From contig CAIYNF010000012.1 in NCBI GenBank assembly GCA_903927505.1, positions 8,941 through 72,940 of the forward strand: a stretch of 64,000 bases of DNA, read 5' to 3'. Positions 49,669 to 59,003 of this stretch are shown here, in pieces. A program made the translations under genes and the position numbers. The notes beneath the pieces were generated by a model. That model made no database searches. It was not told the origin of the DNA and saw only the letters and a program-made list of their open reading frames with translations. Position 1 is the first letter of the stretch. Each line of letters starts with the position of its first letter. Source of the DNA: an uncultured Bacteroidota bacterium. GTDB taxonomy: Bacteria > Bacteroidota > Bacteroidia > UKL13-3.

Positions 49669-52600
49669 TTATTGTTTAAGCACTTTTACTGGCTGTTTAT
49701 CATTTAGTTGTATAAAATAGATCCCTGTTTCCCAATCTTGTGAAGCAGGTATTTCAATTTTACCTGTACTAAATATTTCTTTTGTCCAGATTTTTCTTCC
49801 TTGAACGTCAAAAATATTGACTTGAACCATTTCATTGGCATTGGTTTCGACCCAAATTCTGCCACTGAATGGATTTGGATATACAATAGTTGATGTTTCT
49901 GATTGGATTCCTTTAATAGAAACGATAGGAGAATAGCTGTATTTACCATCTAAATCAATTTGTTTTAGGCGATAGAATAATTCTTGACTAGGTACATTTT
50001 GGTCGTTAAAAGCATAAGAAAGTTTTTTATTGCTATTAGAACCTTTGCTTGCTACATAGGCTACTTCTTCAAAATTAAGTGAACCTACTCCCCTCTCAAT
50101 TGCAAATCCTCGGCAATTTACCTCGTTTGCAGTTATCCAATTTAAAAGCACATTACTATTGGTTCTATTGCCACCAAAGCTTAATAAGCTAACAGGCAAT
50201 GGAGAGCTACCATTAGAAGCCAAAGTAAATTGACCGAGGGTACTAATACCATTAAAGCTAACAGCACCACCACTGATATTGCTGGCACCAACTGTTTGTA
50301 ATAAAGTCCAAGCGCCATTGCTGTAGGCCGATCTATTATATAAGCGCATGGCAGTATCTGTAGAACTAATTTGGAAAGGCGGAAGCGCAAAATTTAAGTT
50401 TGCGGTAAAAGTACCCGGATTACCAAATGGATTTACAATATAGTATCTGCTAGTTAAAACATTAGCTGCACCAGAAGGAAGTGAATTAGGTGCCAAAGGA
50501 ACCTCGTTCAGAACTAAATCAACTGCATTGTCAAATGGATCAATAATAGATACACCCATTGTTTTCATGGCGTAAGAACTTCCATAAACATTGTTTAAAA
50601 TGTAACATGAATCTCCACCTGCAGGCAGATTAGAAGCCGCTAATACTGGAGAACCAATTACATTTCCAACTAAACCGTTTACACCATCGCCAATTTGTGT
50701 AACAGCGAAAGGTTCATTAAATTGATAATAAGCAACCAAGCCCGGAGTGCTTGGAGGCACCATTCTATGCATGTTTTTGCGAAGTGTACTTGAATCTAAT
50801 GTGGTATTCCACATTCTAAACTCATCAACCATTCCATTAACAGGGAAACTACCAAAATCCCAAGAGGCTATTCCTAATGCTAATTCTGATCCATTAAAAC
50901 CAATAGGATTTGTAGACGTTAAAGGCGATGAGGCTACTAATTGTCCATTGATATAAGATTTTAAAGCTACACCAGATTCCCAGGTTACTGCTACATGTGT
51001 CCATGTGTTTGCAGCAACAGTGGCAGTGCTGGTATGAGTTGTTTTCACACCTGCATTGTCCCAATATTCTGGATGTAATTGACCATTTTCAATTCCCAAA
51101 ATATACCCATTACCAGTAGTAGGTAGTTTGGTTTTAGAATATAATTTTTGATTTCTAGTACTTGGATCTGTTAAATACACCCAAGCCTCAACGGTCATAT
51201 TGGTTCCAATATTTAATTTTGGATTGTGGCTCACCTTCACATATTTAGCAGCACCAATTCCACTGTAGGCATTACCTGGAACATAGGTTACGGTTGACAA
51301 TACAAAACGTAATGTATCATTAGACATATTATTATCAATGGTTGCATTAGGGTTTGAAGAATACAATAAAATTGAATTGTAACCATTAGCCAAAGTCAAT
51401 GCATATGATCCATTTATAGTTACAGAAACGGTATCGCAACCATTTAATGTACCTGTCCAAGGGTAAGTAACCACAGTACCTCCATTGATTGAATATTTCA
51501 GGTTAAAAGAGGTACAAGTATTTCCACTTTGATTTCTAACACGAACAGTTAAATCATTGCTTCCACTTGCAATGGGTGTTGGGTAAGAAACTGCATCAAT
51601 TGCCAAATCATTGGCTAAACCAGCCGCCTCATGCGCACCAACTACTGGAGGAACCACACGTGTTGTATTGTCAAAATCTTTAGAAACTAGGCTTGTTAAA
51701 TCAACACCTTTGGTACAGGCATTGCTTACATGTAAATCTGTAGAAGAAATAAACAAAGGTGAAGCATTGTATGAACTATCACCACCAGTGGTTGCAGTTT
51801 TATATGTTGCGCTTGTAAACGCTGCACCTCTAAACCCTAAGTTACCACCACCCGCATTATAAAAAATGTTATAATTAATTACGTTTCCAGCAGGGTTTGT
51901 AGAGAAATAAGCTGGATAGGTTGCGCTTCCTGTTGCATTAAAAATATTATTCTTAAAATAAGAAACGCCGGTTGCTACTGAATTATAATAGTACAATCCA
52001 TAGGTAGCAGCACCATTTGTAGTTACTGAATTATGGTAAAAATTCAATGCATCTATCCCAGCAGCAGCAGTATACAAATATAAAGCATACGATGATCCAT
52101 AGGTAGAAAACATATTGTTATACATTTCTGTTGGAAGCACTCCTGAAGTCCAGTAATAATAATAAACGTCTACATAGCCTGCATTTATTTTGTTTCCAAT
52201 TAACCTAGTAGGATTAACCGCAGAGGCATGCTGGTTATAATACAAATAGATACCATAACTAGAAACATTTGAAGTGAGCATATTAATGGTATTACCAATA
52301 ATATCTACTGGGTTAGCTATATAATAGAAACGAATTCCATAATAATAGGTATTGGTTAAAGTGTTCCAACGAATTTTATGCCCTCTATTATAAGCTGCAT
52401 TTAATGTTCCACTGGTAGAAATTTGAATACCATAATAGGCTCCAACAACCGTGTTACTATCTATAGTAACTGAATCTGTCCATTGGTTTCCGTCTGCCAT
52501 TCCAGAGGCAGTACCTGTAACAATAATTCCATATGAAGTACTGGTACCGGTATTTGGCAAACTAACCACACATTTTTTAACTGTAAAACCAATACCTACA

Positions 52601-55593
52601 TTGTTTAGGGTACCTCCAATTAGGGCAATACCAGTTCCTGTTCCGGCAATATTATTGGTTAATGTTAAATTTTTAATGGTAACATAACTTACTTGGTTCA
52701 CCATAAATACTGGAGAAGCATTATTTATTACAATACTTCTTGTTGCGGCATTAACGCCATCAAAAGTAATGGTGTTGGTTGCCGAGGTACCATAAACAGG
52801 ACCATTTAAAACAACTGGAACAGTGTAGGTTCCCGGGTTAACTGTAAAATTAACAGGACCACTTACACCTGCAATACTTAATGCAGTAGTTGCATCAGCA
52901 AAAGTTGGGAAATTAGCTCCCGTTCCACCAATGGTATAATTACCGCTCATTGGAGCTGCATAAAACAAGCTTGTTCTTAAGGTGTCATTGCTTAAATTTC
53001 CATCTGTGCTTGCATTTGGATAATCAGTGTATACTTTAATATTATTGGCTCCAGAAACTAAGGTAATTTGGTTCGAACCCGTAAAAGAAATTAAAGCAGT
53101 ATCACAAGCAGCTAATGTGCCCGACCAAGGAATAGTGACAGGAGTTCCTCCATTAAGCTTGAAGCTGATATTAAAACTTGTAATGGCATTGTTACCTGAA
53201 TTCTTTACTCTGCAAATAAGGTTTTGTGCTCCTGGGGTAATTGGCATAGCAGGAGAGTACAATACATCTACCGTTAAATCATTGGCGAATGTACTAAATT
53301 CATACATACCTGGATTTGGAGATGCACTCCTTGGATTACCCTCATAATCTGTTGGCACCGCAGCTAAAGCATTTACACCGCGTGTACAACCATCTGTTAA
53401 GTGAACATCAAGGCTACTTGTAAATGGAGGAAACCTAGTGAATGATGAATCTCCGCCAGTTGTTGCCGTATTATAATTTGCTAAAGTAAATGCTGCAACC
53501 CTAAAACCTAAAGAGGTTGTTTTGGTATTTGAATAAATATTATAATTAATACTATTTATTGTTGGGTTCGAACTAAAATATGCTGGATATACCGTGGTAC
53601 CAGCTGTTGAATAAATTGAAAAGATATTATTCTTACAATTTAAGCCATTCACGTTGTTTATGTTGTAATAATACAAACCATATTGAGTTGCAGCCGAACC
53701 ATTATAATGAAAGGTATTATGCATGAAATCATAATTTCCGCCACCCGCGGCTGCAGTGTATAAATAGCAGGCATAATTGGTACTATAAGCCATATTACCT
53801 AACAAAGCATTGTTATAAATTTTAGTTGGTGCAGTAGCTGTACTTGTTCCATAATAAATATAATAACCATGGTATGCTGCATTTACAACCTTATTACCAA
53901 TTACTTCTGTAGAAATTGACGTATTAGAGTTTTGATTGTAAGACAAGAAAAATCCATAACTGGTAGTAATATTCCCTGTATTCATGCTTATACTATTGTA
54001 TTTTACGACAATTGGATTAAAAATATAATAGGAATAAAATCCATAGGTATAAGCATTTATAATGGTATTGTTTCTAATTAGGTAACCACGATTATTAGCA
54101 GAACTAGCGCCAGTATTGCCATAAACCATGATTCCATAGTAGCCCCCATTTGTTGAATTACTATCAATAGTTATTGAATCCATCGTTTGATTGGAACCTG
54201 AAGTTAAACCGCCCGAAACAAAAATAGCACCTGTAGTTGCAGTTGAAGTTGCATTTGGAAGGTTAACAATACAATTTGTAACAGAGCTTCCTGTTCCTTT
54301 GTTTCCGCTGTTTCCAGAAATTGAAATACCAGAACACGTTGCGCTTGCACGATTGATAACGGTTAGGTTGCTTATTCTTAAATAACTTGTATTAATACCT
54401 GCTAAAATAGGATCTAATAAACTATCATTAAGGATACAAGTATTTTTATTTGTACCTGTAATAGTAATTCTATTGGTAGCGTTCACACCAGCAATATTAT
54501 TAAAATGACTTTTACCTGTATAGGTTCCAGGATTAACAATAATATCTACTGGCCCGCAAACTCCGAAAGCGTTTAGGTCATTGGCAATTGCAGTGAGTGT
54601 TGTATAATTTGCACCGCTTGCTCCAACTGTATAGGTGCCAGATAATGAAGGATGTGCATTTGAAAATGCAGAATCATTTTTTGTCATTGTATCTGCTACC
54701 GCATTAGGTAAGCTTGTCCATACTTTAATTGGAACAGTAGTAGAAGGAAATGTATACGTTCCTAATGAAATTGAGGCCGTATTTGCTACAGTTCCAAATG
54801 TATCTAACAAACTGGTATAGGCAATAGGCGTTTGGGTTACCCCATTTACGCTCCAATTTACATTTAGACCTGTAATTTGATTGATACCAAAATTCCTAAT
54901 TGTTGCTGAAACGGGGAAAGTGCCGGCACTACAAAATAGCCCGGGTGCATCTATTGAAACAACACCAGCATCATTTGGGCTTGCAGAAGCAACATCAATA
55001 CCCATGTTCATGTAGCTAGTACCTGCAGTACCAGTAGTTGAACCATAGGCTCCATATATCCTTTTATTTCCGCCTGTACCATTTCCACCAGCACCAGATA
55101 CTGCAGATCCTGAGCCTGCGGCACTGTGTTGAATATCTATTACCAAAGCCTTGGTTGGGTCGTAATAAAATGGCGTTGTTAAAGTTATTTTCATCCAACC
55201 CAATGCAGCAACAGTTGTAAAAGTTTTGCTTGTTGCACTCAAGCATGTTGTTAGACCTGTTAAAAATGTTCCACTTGAGAAAACAGTTAATGCAGGAACT
55301 TGAACCATCTTAACAGAAAAGTTATTATAAGTCATTGAGGTTACGGCAGCTGTTGGCATTACATAAATTGTTGTAATGTTTCCAGGCGTTGCGCCGGTAA
55401 ATTCACCAGCTGCATAAACAAATTGCGTATGTGGTGATGCTGCTGTTATTGAAAGCGGAAATGCATTTCCACCTGTTCCCACATTTGAGAAGAACTGAGG
55501 TGTTCCGGTTTGCCCCTGGACATGCACTAGCGAAGTTAGGAATAGGATTCCAAACAAGGCTGATTGAAGAAAATGATGTAATTGTTTTTTCAT
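49669..55593 (-). CDS. giant T9SS-secreted surface protein: N-terminal domain, [CARDB-like + beta-helix repeat module] x2, third CARDB-like domain, LamG/concanavalin-like domain, C-terminal sorting domain
   Basis: Signal peptide MKKQLHHFLQSALFGILFLTSLVHVQGQ. CARDB-like segments begin at NDAGVVSIDAP, NDLTVDVLYSP and NDLAIDAVSYP. LamG-like segment is VEAWVYL..HVAVTW..YINGQLV..VDEFRMWN. C-terminus is IVYPNPFSGRIWVE..GIYFIQLND..VKVLKQ. Confidence 0.9.
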   Translation of the reverse strand: MKKQLHHFLQSALFGILFLTSLVHVQGQTGTPQFFSNVGTGGNAFPLSITAASPHTQFVYAAGEFTGATPGNITTIYVMPTAAVTSMTYNNFSVKMVQVPALTVFSSGTFLTGLTTCLSATSKTFTTVAALGWMKITLTTPFYYDPTKALVIDIQHSAAGSGSAVSGAGGNGTGGNKRIYGAYGSTTGTAGTSYMNMGIDVASASPNDAGVVSIDAPGLFCSAGTFPVSATIRNFGINQITGLNVNWSVNGVTQTPIAYTSLLDTFGTVANTASISLGTYTFPSTTVPIKVWTSLPNAVADTMTKNDSAFSNAHPSLSGTYTVGASGANYTTLTAIANDLNAFGVCGPVDIIVNPGTYTGKSHFNNIAGVNATNRITITGTNKNTCILNDSLLDPILAGINTSYLRISNLTVINRASATCSGISISGNSGNKGTGSSVTNCIVNLPNATSTATTGAIFVSGGLTSGSNQTMDSITIDSNSTNGGYYGIMVYGNTGASSANNRGYLIRNNTIINAYTYGFYSYYIFNPIVVKYNSISMNTGNITTSYGFFLSYNQNSNTSISTEVIGNKVVNAAYHGYYIYYGTSTATAPTKIYNNALLGNMAYSTNYACYLYTAAAGGGNYDFMHNTFHYNGSAATQYGLYYYNINNVNGLNCKNNIFSIYSTAGTTVYPAYFSSNPTINSINYNIYSNTKTTSLGFRVAAFTLANYNTATTGGDSSFTRFPPFTSSLDVHLTDGCTRGVNALAAVPTDYEGNPRSASPNPGMYEFSTFANDLTVDVLYSPAMPITPGAQNLICRVKNSGNNAITSFNISFKLNGGTPVTIPWSGTLAACDTALISFTGSNQITLVSGANNIKVYTDYPNASTDGNLSNDTLRTSLFYAAPMSGNYTIGGTGANFPTFADATTALSIAGVSGPVNFTVNPGTYTVPVVLNGPVYGTSATNTITFDGVNAATRSIVINNASPVFMVNQVSYVTIKNLTLTNNIAGTGTGIALIGGTLNNVGIGFTVKKCVVSLPNTGTSTSYGIIVTGTASGMADGNQWTDSVTIDSNTVVGAYYGIQISTSGTLNAAYNRGHKIRWNTLTNTYYYGIRFYYIANPVDIIGNTINMLTSNVSSYGIYLYYNQHASAVNPTRLIGNKINAGYVDVYYYYWTSGVLPTEMYNNMFSTYGSSYALYLYTAAAGIDALNFYHNSVTTNGAATYGLYYYNSVATGVSYFKNNIFNATGSATYPAYFSTNPAGNVINYNIFYNAGGGNLGFRGAAFTSATYKTATTGGDSSYNASPLFISSTDLHVSNACTKGVDLTSLVSKDFDNTTRVVPPVVGAHEAAGLANDLAIDAVSYPTPIASGSNDLTVRVRNQSGNTCTSFNLKYSINGGTVVTYPWTGTLNGCDTVSVTINGSYALTLANGYNSILLYSSNPNATIDNNMSNDTLRFVLSTVTYVPGNAYSGIGAAKYVKVSHNPKLNIGTNMTVEAWVYLTDPSTRNQKLYSKTKLPTTGNGYILGIENGQLHPEYWDNAGVKTTHTSTATVAANTWTHVAVTWESGVALKSYINGQLVASSPLTSTNPIGFNGSELALGIASWDFGSFPVNGMVDEFRMWNTTLDSSTLRKNMHRMVPPSTPGLVAYYQFNEPFAVTQIGDGVNGLVGNVIGSPVLAASNLPAGGDSCYILNNVYGSSYAMKTMGVSIIDPFDNAVDLVLNEVPLAPNSLPSGAANVLTSRYYIVNPFGNPGTFTANLNFALPPFQISSTDTAMRLYNRSAYSNGAWTLLQTVGASNISGGAVSFNGISTLGQFTLASNGSSPLPVSLLSFGGNRTNSNVLLNWITANEVNCRGFAIERGVGSLNFEEVAYVASKGSNSNKKLSYAFNDQNVPSQELFYRLKQIDLDGKYSYSPIVSIKGIQSETSTIVYPNPFSGRIWVETNANEMVQVNIFDVQGRKIWTKEIFSTGKIEIPASQDWETGIYFIQLNDKQPVKVLKQ
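51617..53290 (-). repeat. tandem protein-level duplication, copy b
   Basis: NDLTVDV..MSGNYTIGGTGANFPTFADATTALSIAGVSGPVNFTVNPGTYTV ... LYLYTAAAGIDALNFYHNSVTTNG..TATTGGDSSYNASPLFISSTDLHVSNACTKGV.. It is collinear with copy a. Confidence 0.7.
53291..54976 (-). repeat. tandem protein-level duplication, copy a (CARDB-like + beta-helix module, about 560 aa); boundaries approximate
   Basis: NDAGVV..LSGTYTVGASGANYTTLTAIANDLNAFGVCGPVDIIVNPGTYTG ... CYLYTAAAGGGNYDFMHNTFHYNG..TATTGGDSSFTRFPPFTSSLDVHLTDGCTRGV.. Confidence 0.7.
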
Positions 55594-55831
55594 ATAAAAT
55601 GCTTAAATGTTTTTCTGACGAATGAACGGCTAATCTAGCCATATTGGTTTAAAAATATAAACGAGTTTCGCTTTTTTGAAAAATTTTACCAATTAATAGG
55701 ATTAAAATTCTGAATTTCAATATATTAATTCTATTGAAAGCGCTGTCCAATTAAAAATTTAACAGAAAATAAACTGAAGAAAAATATCTAAAACAGAATT
55801 AATTTAACAAAATCACCTTCCATAATTTGCT

Positions 55832-55839
55832 TAAGTTTG
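55832..55839 (+). promoter_or_regulatory. candidate -7 box TAagTTTG immediately upstream of uvrC (would give a near-leaderless mRNA)
   Basis: TAAGTTTG ends 4 nt before the ATG at 55844. Low-specificity motif. Confidence 0.2.
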
Positions 55840-55843
55840 CCCA

Positions 55844-57478
55844 ATGCACCCGCCAAATATAAAAAAAATACTTTCTAGTTTGCCTGATAGCCCTGGCATA
55901 TACAAGTATTTTGATATTGAGCAAACCTTAATATACATTGGCAAAGCAAAGAGTTTAAAGAAACGTGTAGGAAGTTATTTTTTAAAAAAACACCACGACA
56001 ACCGAAAGACGGCCATTTTGGTTTCGCGTATTGTGGATATTCAATTTACCATTGTTGAAACAGAAATGGATGCGCTATTACTAGAAAATGCGCTGATTAA
56101 GCAATACCAGCCAAGGTTTAATATCATGTTAAAAGATGATAAGACCTATGCTTCCATTAGTATTAAGAATGAACGCTTTCCAAGGATATTATCTACAAGA
56201 ACTATTGTGAGGGATGGAAGTGAATACTTTGGGCCGTATGCAAACGGGACCATGAAATACACTTTACTAGATTTAATTAAGGCCACCTACCCTATTAGAA
56301 CTTGCACCTTCAACTTAAGCGAGGCCAATATAAAAGCAGGAAAATTTAAAGCCTGCTTGGAATACCAAATTGGTAATTGCATGGCACCATGTGTGGGCAT
56401 ACAAACTGAAGCAGAATACGACCAAAGTATACAGGCAATTAGGAAATTATTAAAGGGAAACTTGGGTGAGGTAAAATCCGAGATCAAGCAATTTATGCAG
56501 GATGCGGCTGTTGCGCTTCAATTTGAAAAGGCAGAAGCACTTAAGAAAAAATTAGAACTTTTAGAAAATTACCAAAGCAGGTCAACCATTGTAAATGATA
56601 TTAAACATGATGTAGATGTATTTAGCATTGTGAGTGATGACAAATTTGCATTTGCAAATTATTTGAAAGTTTCAAATGGCATTATTGTGCAAACACAAAC
56701 CTTTGAAATAAAGAAAAAATTAGATGAAAGCGATGAAGAATTATTGAGTTTGGCCATTGCAGAAGTTAGAGAAAAATACCTCAGTAGTTCAAAAGAGATT
56801 ATTGTGCCAATCCCATTAGATTGGGAGGATTCGGGATTAACCATTACTGTTCCAAAGTTAGGTGACAAGAAGAAGCTTTTAGATTTATCATTAAAAAATG
56901 CGATGTATTACAAGCGGGATAAATTGCAGCAATATGAATTGTTAAATCCAGACTTAAAGGTAGACCGTATTTTGAGTCAGATGAAAAAGGATTTGCGCTT
57001 AAAAGATTTACCTGCCCATATAGAATGCTTTGACAATTCTAATTTACAAGGAACCAATCCAGTATCTGCCTGTGTGGTATTTAAGGACGCCAAAGCAAGC
57101 AAAAAAGATTACCGCCATTTTATTCCAAAAACTGTTGTTGGTCCAGACGATTTTGCCACCATGCGAGAAGTGGTTTTTAGACGCTACAGAGGTTTACTTG
57201 AGGCAAATGAACCCTTGCCAAATTTAATAATCATTGACGGTGGTAAAGGCCAGTTAAGTTCTGCAGTAGAAAGCTTGAAAGAGCTTGGTATATATGGCAA
57301 AGTACCTGTTATTGGCATTGCAAAAAGATTGGAAGAATTATACTACCCAGAAGATGAATTCCCTTTGTATATTGATAAGAAATCAGAGACATTAAAAGTC
57401 ATTCAACAGCTGCGAGACGAAGCACATAGGTTTGGCATTACGCACCATAGAAATCGCAGGAGCAAAAACACCTTGTAA
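55844..57478 (+). CDS. uvrC: excinuclease ABC subunit UvrC, ORF truncated after 544 codons by a frameshift (GIY-YIG, UVR and endonuclease domains present; HhH2 domain out of frame)
   Basis: GIY-YIG motif PGIYKYFD..LIYIGKAKSLKKRV. UVR motif FEKAEALKKKLELLE. C-terminal ..LRDEAHRFGITHHRNRRSKNTL, then stop. Confidence 0.9.
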   Translation: MHPPNIKKILSSLPDSPGIYKYFDIEQTLIYIGKAKSLKKRVGSYFLKKHHDNRKTAILVSRIVDIQFTIVETEMDALLLENALIKQYQPRFNIMLKDDKTYASISIKNERFPRILSTRTIVRDGSEYFGPYANGTMKYTLLDLIKATYPIRTCTFNLSEANIKAGKFKACLEYQIGNCMAPCVGIQTEAEYDQSIQAIRKLLKGNLGEVKSEIKQFMQDAAVALQFEKAEALKKKLELLENYQSRSTIVNDIKHDVDVFSIVSDDKFAFANYLKVSNGIIVQTQTFEIKKKLDESDEELLSLAIAEVREKYLSSSKEIIVPIPLDWEDSGLTITVPKLGDKKKLLDLSLKNAMYYKRDKLQQYELLNPDLKVDRILSQMKKDLRLKDLPAHIECFDNSNLQGTNPVSACVVFKDAKASKKDYRHFIPKTVVGPDDFATMREVVFRRYRGLLEANEPLPNLIIIDGGKGQLSSAVESLKELGIYGKVPVIGIAKRLEELYYPEDEFPLYIDKKSETLKVIQQLRDEAHRFGITHHRNRRSKNTL

Positions 57479-57657
57479 CTGCCTTGGATGCCATTAACGG
57501 AATTGGCCCCGAAAATGCCAAATTATTATTAAGAGAATTAAAAAGTGTAAAAAAAATTAAAGAGGCAGATTTGCCAATTTTAGCTGCTATTATTGGCATA
57601 GGAAAAGCAAATTTAGTTTACAATCATTTTAGGGCACAAAAAGACAAGAAGGACTAA
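57451..57657 (+). pseudogene. uvrC: uvrC 3' segment in the -1 frame encoding the (HhH)2 domain
   Basis: The frame opening at 57451 reads ..KHLVTALDAINGIGPENAKLLLRELKSVKKIKEADLPILAAIIGIGKANLVYNHFRAQKDKKD and stops at 57655-57657. 55844..57657 is 1814 nt, one base short of a multiple of three. Confidence 0.85.
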
Positions 57658-57661
57658 AAAA

Positions 57662-58951
57662 ATGGAAAGCAATTCGAGCAAAATAATATCGGAAGAATTT
57701 AAGAAGAAGGCTTGTATTTGGGCGCAACAGTTTGAAACTTTTTGTATTTTAGATAACAATCAAATTAGCAATGCACTTGCATTACAAGAAATTGAATTTG
57801 CACTAGCAGTAGGCGAGGCAGATGCAATAACAGGCAAAGGAAAAGATGATTGGGATTTATTCAGAGCCTTTATTGACAAGCATTCTGGCGACTCTCCCCT
57901 ATTTGGCTATTTAAGTTATGACTTAAAAAACCAAATAGAAAATTTAGGTTCGAACCATGCTGACGGGATTGGCTTTGCTCCACTATTTTTCTTTAAACCC
58001 ATTCATTTAATTTTAATAGACCAACATGGACAAATGATGGTGATGAGTGAAGAAGGTGATAAAATTTGCGCAGAAATTGAGGCAATTTTTATAGAAGAAA
58101 AAAATGCAAGTCCCATTCAAATGAAAGCAAAGGTTAGCAAAGAAAATTATATAGAAAAAGTAGAAAAAATTAGAGAACATATTGTTGAAGGAGATGTATA
58201 TGAATTAAATTATTGTGTGGAGTTTTTTGCAGAGAACACCCCAATAGATCCATTACAAACTTATTTTTCTTTACAAAAAATTTCGCCAACGCCATTTGCC
58301 TGTTTCTTTAAATGGAACAACAGGTATATTATAAGTGCAAGTCCAGAAAGATTTATTCGCAAATCGCTGAACAAGCTGTATTCACAGCCAATTAAAGGAA
58401 CAGTAAGAAGAGCTGCAGATCCAATTCAAGACCAAAAATTAATTGCAGAACTACGAAATTCTGAAAAGGAAAAAGCAGAAAATTTAATGATTGTAGATTT
58501 GGTTCGCAACGATTTGGCAAGAAGCAGCGAAATTGGTTCTGTTGCCGTTGAGGAGTTATATGGTATCTATAGTTTTAAGCAGGTACACCAAATGATTTCT
58601 ACTGTGTCTTCCACTATTTTAGATGGCATTCACCCAGTAGACGCCATAGAAAATGCTTATCCTATGGGTAGTATGACGGGCGCACCAAAAGTAAAAGCAA
58701 TGCAATTAATTGAACAATACGAACAAACAAAAAGAGGTTTATACAGCGGCTCTATTGGGTACTTTGCGCCCAATGAAGATTTTGATTTTAATGTTGTTAT
58801 TAGAAGTATTCAATACAATGCAGCAAGTAATTATGTAAATTTCGAAGTTGGTTCGGCCATAACCTACGACAGTATTGCCGAGCATGAATATGAAGAATGT
58901 TTATTGAAAGCGCAGGCTATGTTAAAGGCATTGAATGCGCAAATTGTTTAA
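57662..58951 (+). CDS. pabB: aminodeoxychorismate synthase component I (chorismate-binding enzyme family)
   Basis: GDVYELNYC, SPERF, PIKGT, NLMIVDLVRND, GSMTGAPK and RGLYSGSIGY motifs. The assignment to PabB rather than TrpE rests only on size and the lack of a trp context. Confidence 0.8.
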   Translation: MESNSSKIISEEFKKKACIWAQQFETFCILDNNQISNALALQEIEFALAVGEADAITGKGKDDWDLFRAFIDKHSGDSPLFGYLSYDLKNQIENLGSNHADGIGFAPLFFFKPIHLILIDQHGQMMVMSEEGDKICAEIEAIFIEEKNASPIQMKAKVSKENYIEKVEKIREHIVEGDVYELNYCVEFFAENTPIDPLQTYFSLQKISPTPFACFFKWNNRYIISASPERFIRKSLNKLYSQPIKGTVRRAADPIQDQKLIAELRNSEKEKAENLMIVDLVRNDLARSSEIGSVAVEELYGIYSFKQVHQMISTVSSTILDGIHPVDAIENAYPMGSMTGAPKVKAMQLIEQYEQTKRGLYSGSIGYFAPNEDFDFNVVIRSIQYNAASNYVNFEVGSAITYDSIAEHEYEECLLKAQAMLKALNAQIV

Positions 58952-59003
58952 ACAGTAGGTTATTTATAAAGACAAAGTTTATTTTTGGAACACCAACAAA
59001 TTA

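Noticed and set aside
57451-57478. Programmed -1 ribosomal frameshifting as the explanation for split uvrC
   Set aside because: The zero-frame context C AAA AAC is not a good X XXY YYZ slippery heptamer, and no obvious downstream stimulatory structure was seen. A homopolymer indel (real or sequencing-derived) is simpler. It cannot be formally excluded.
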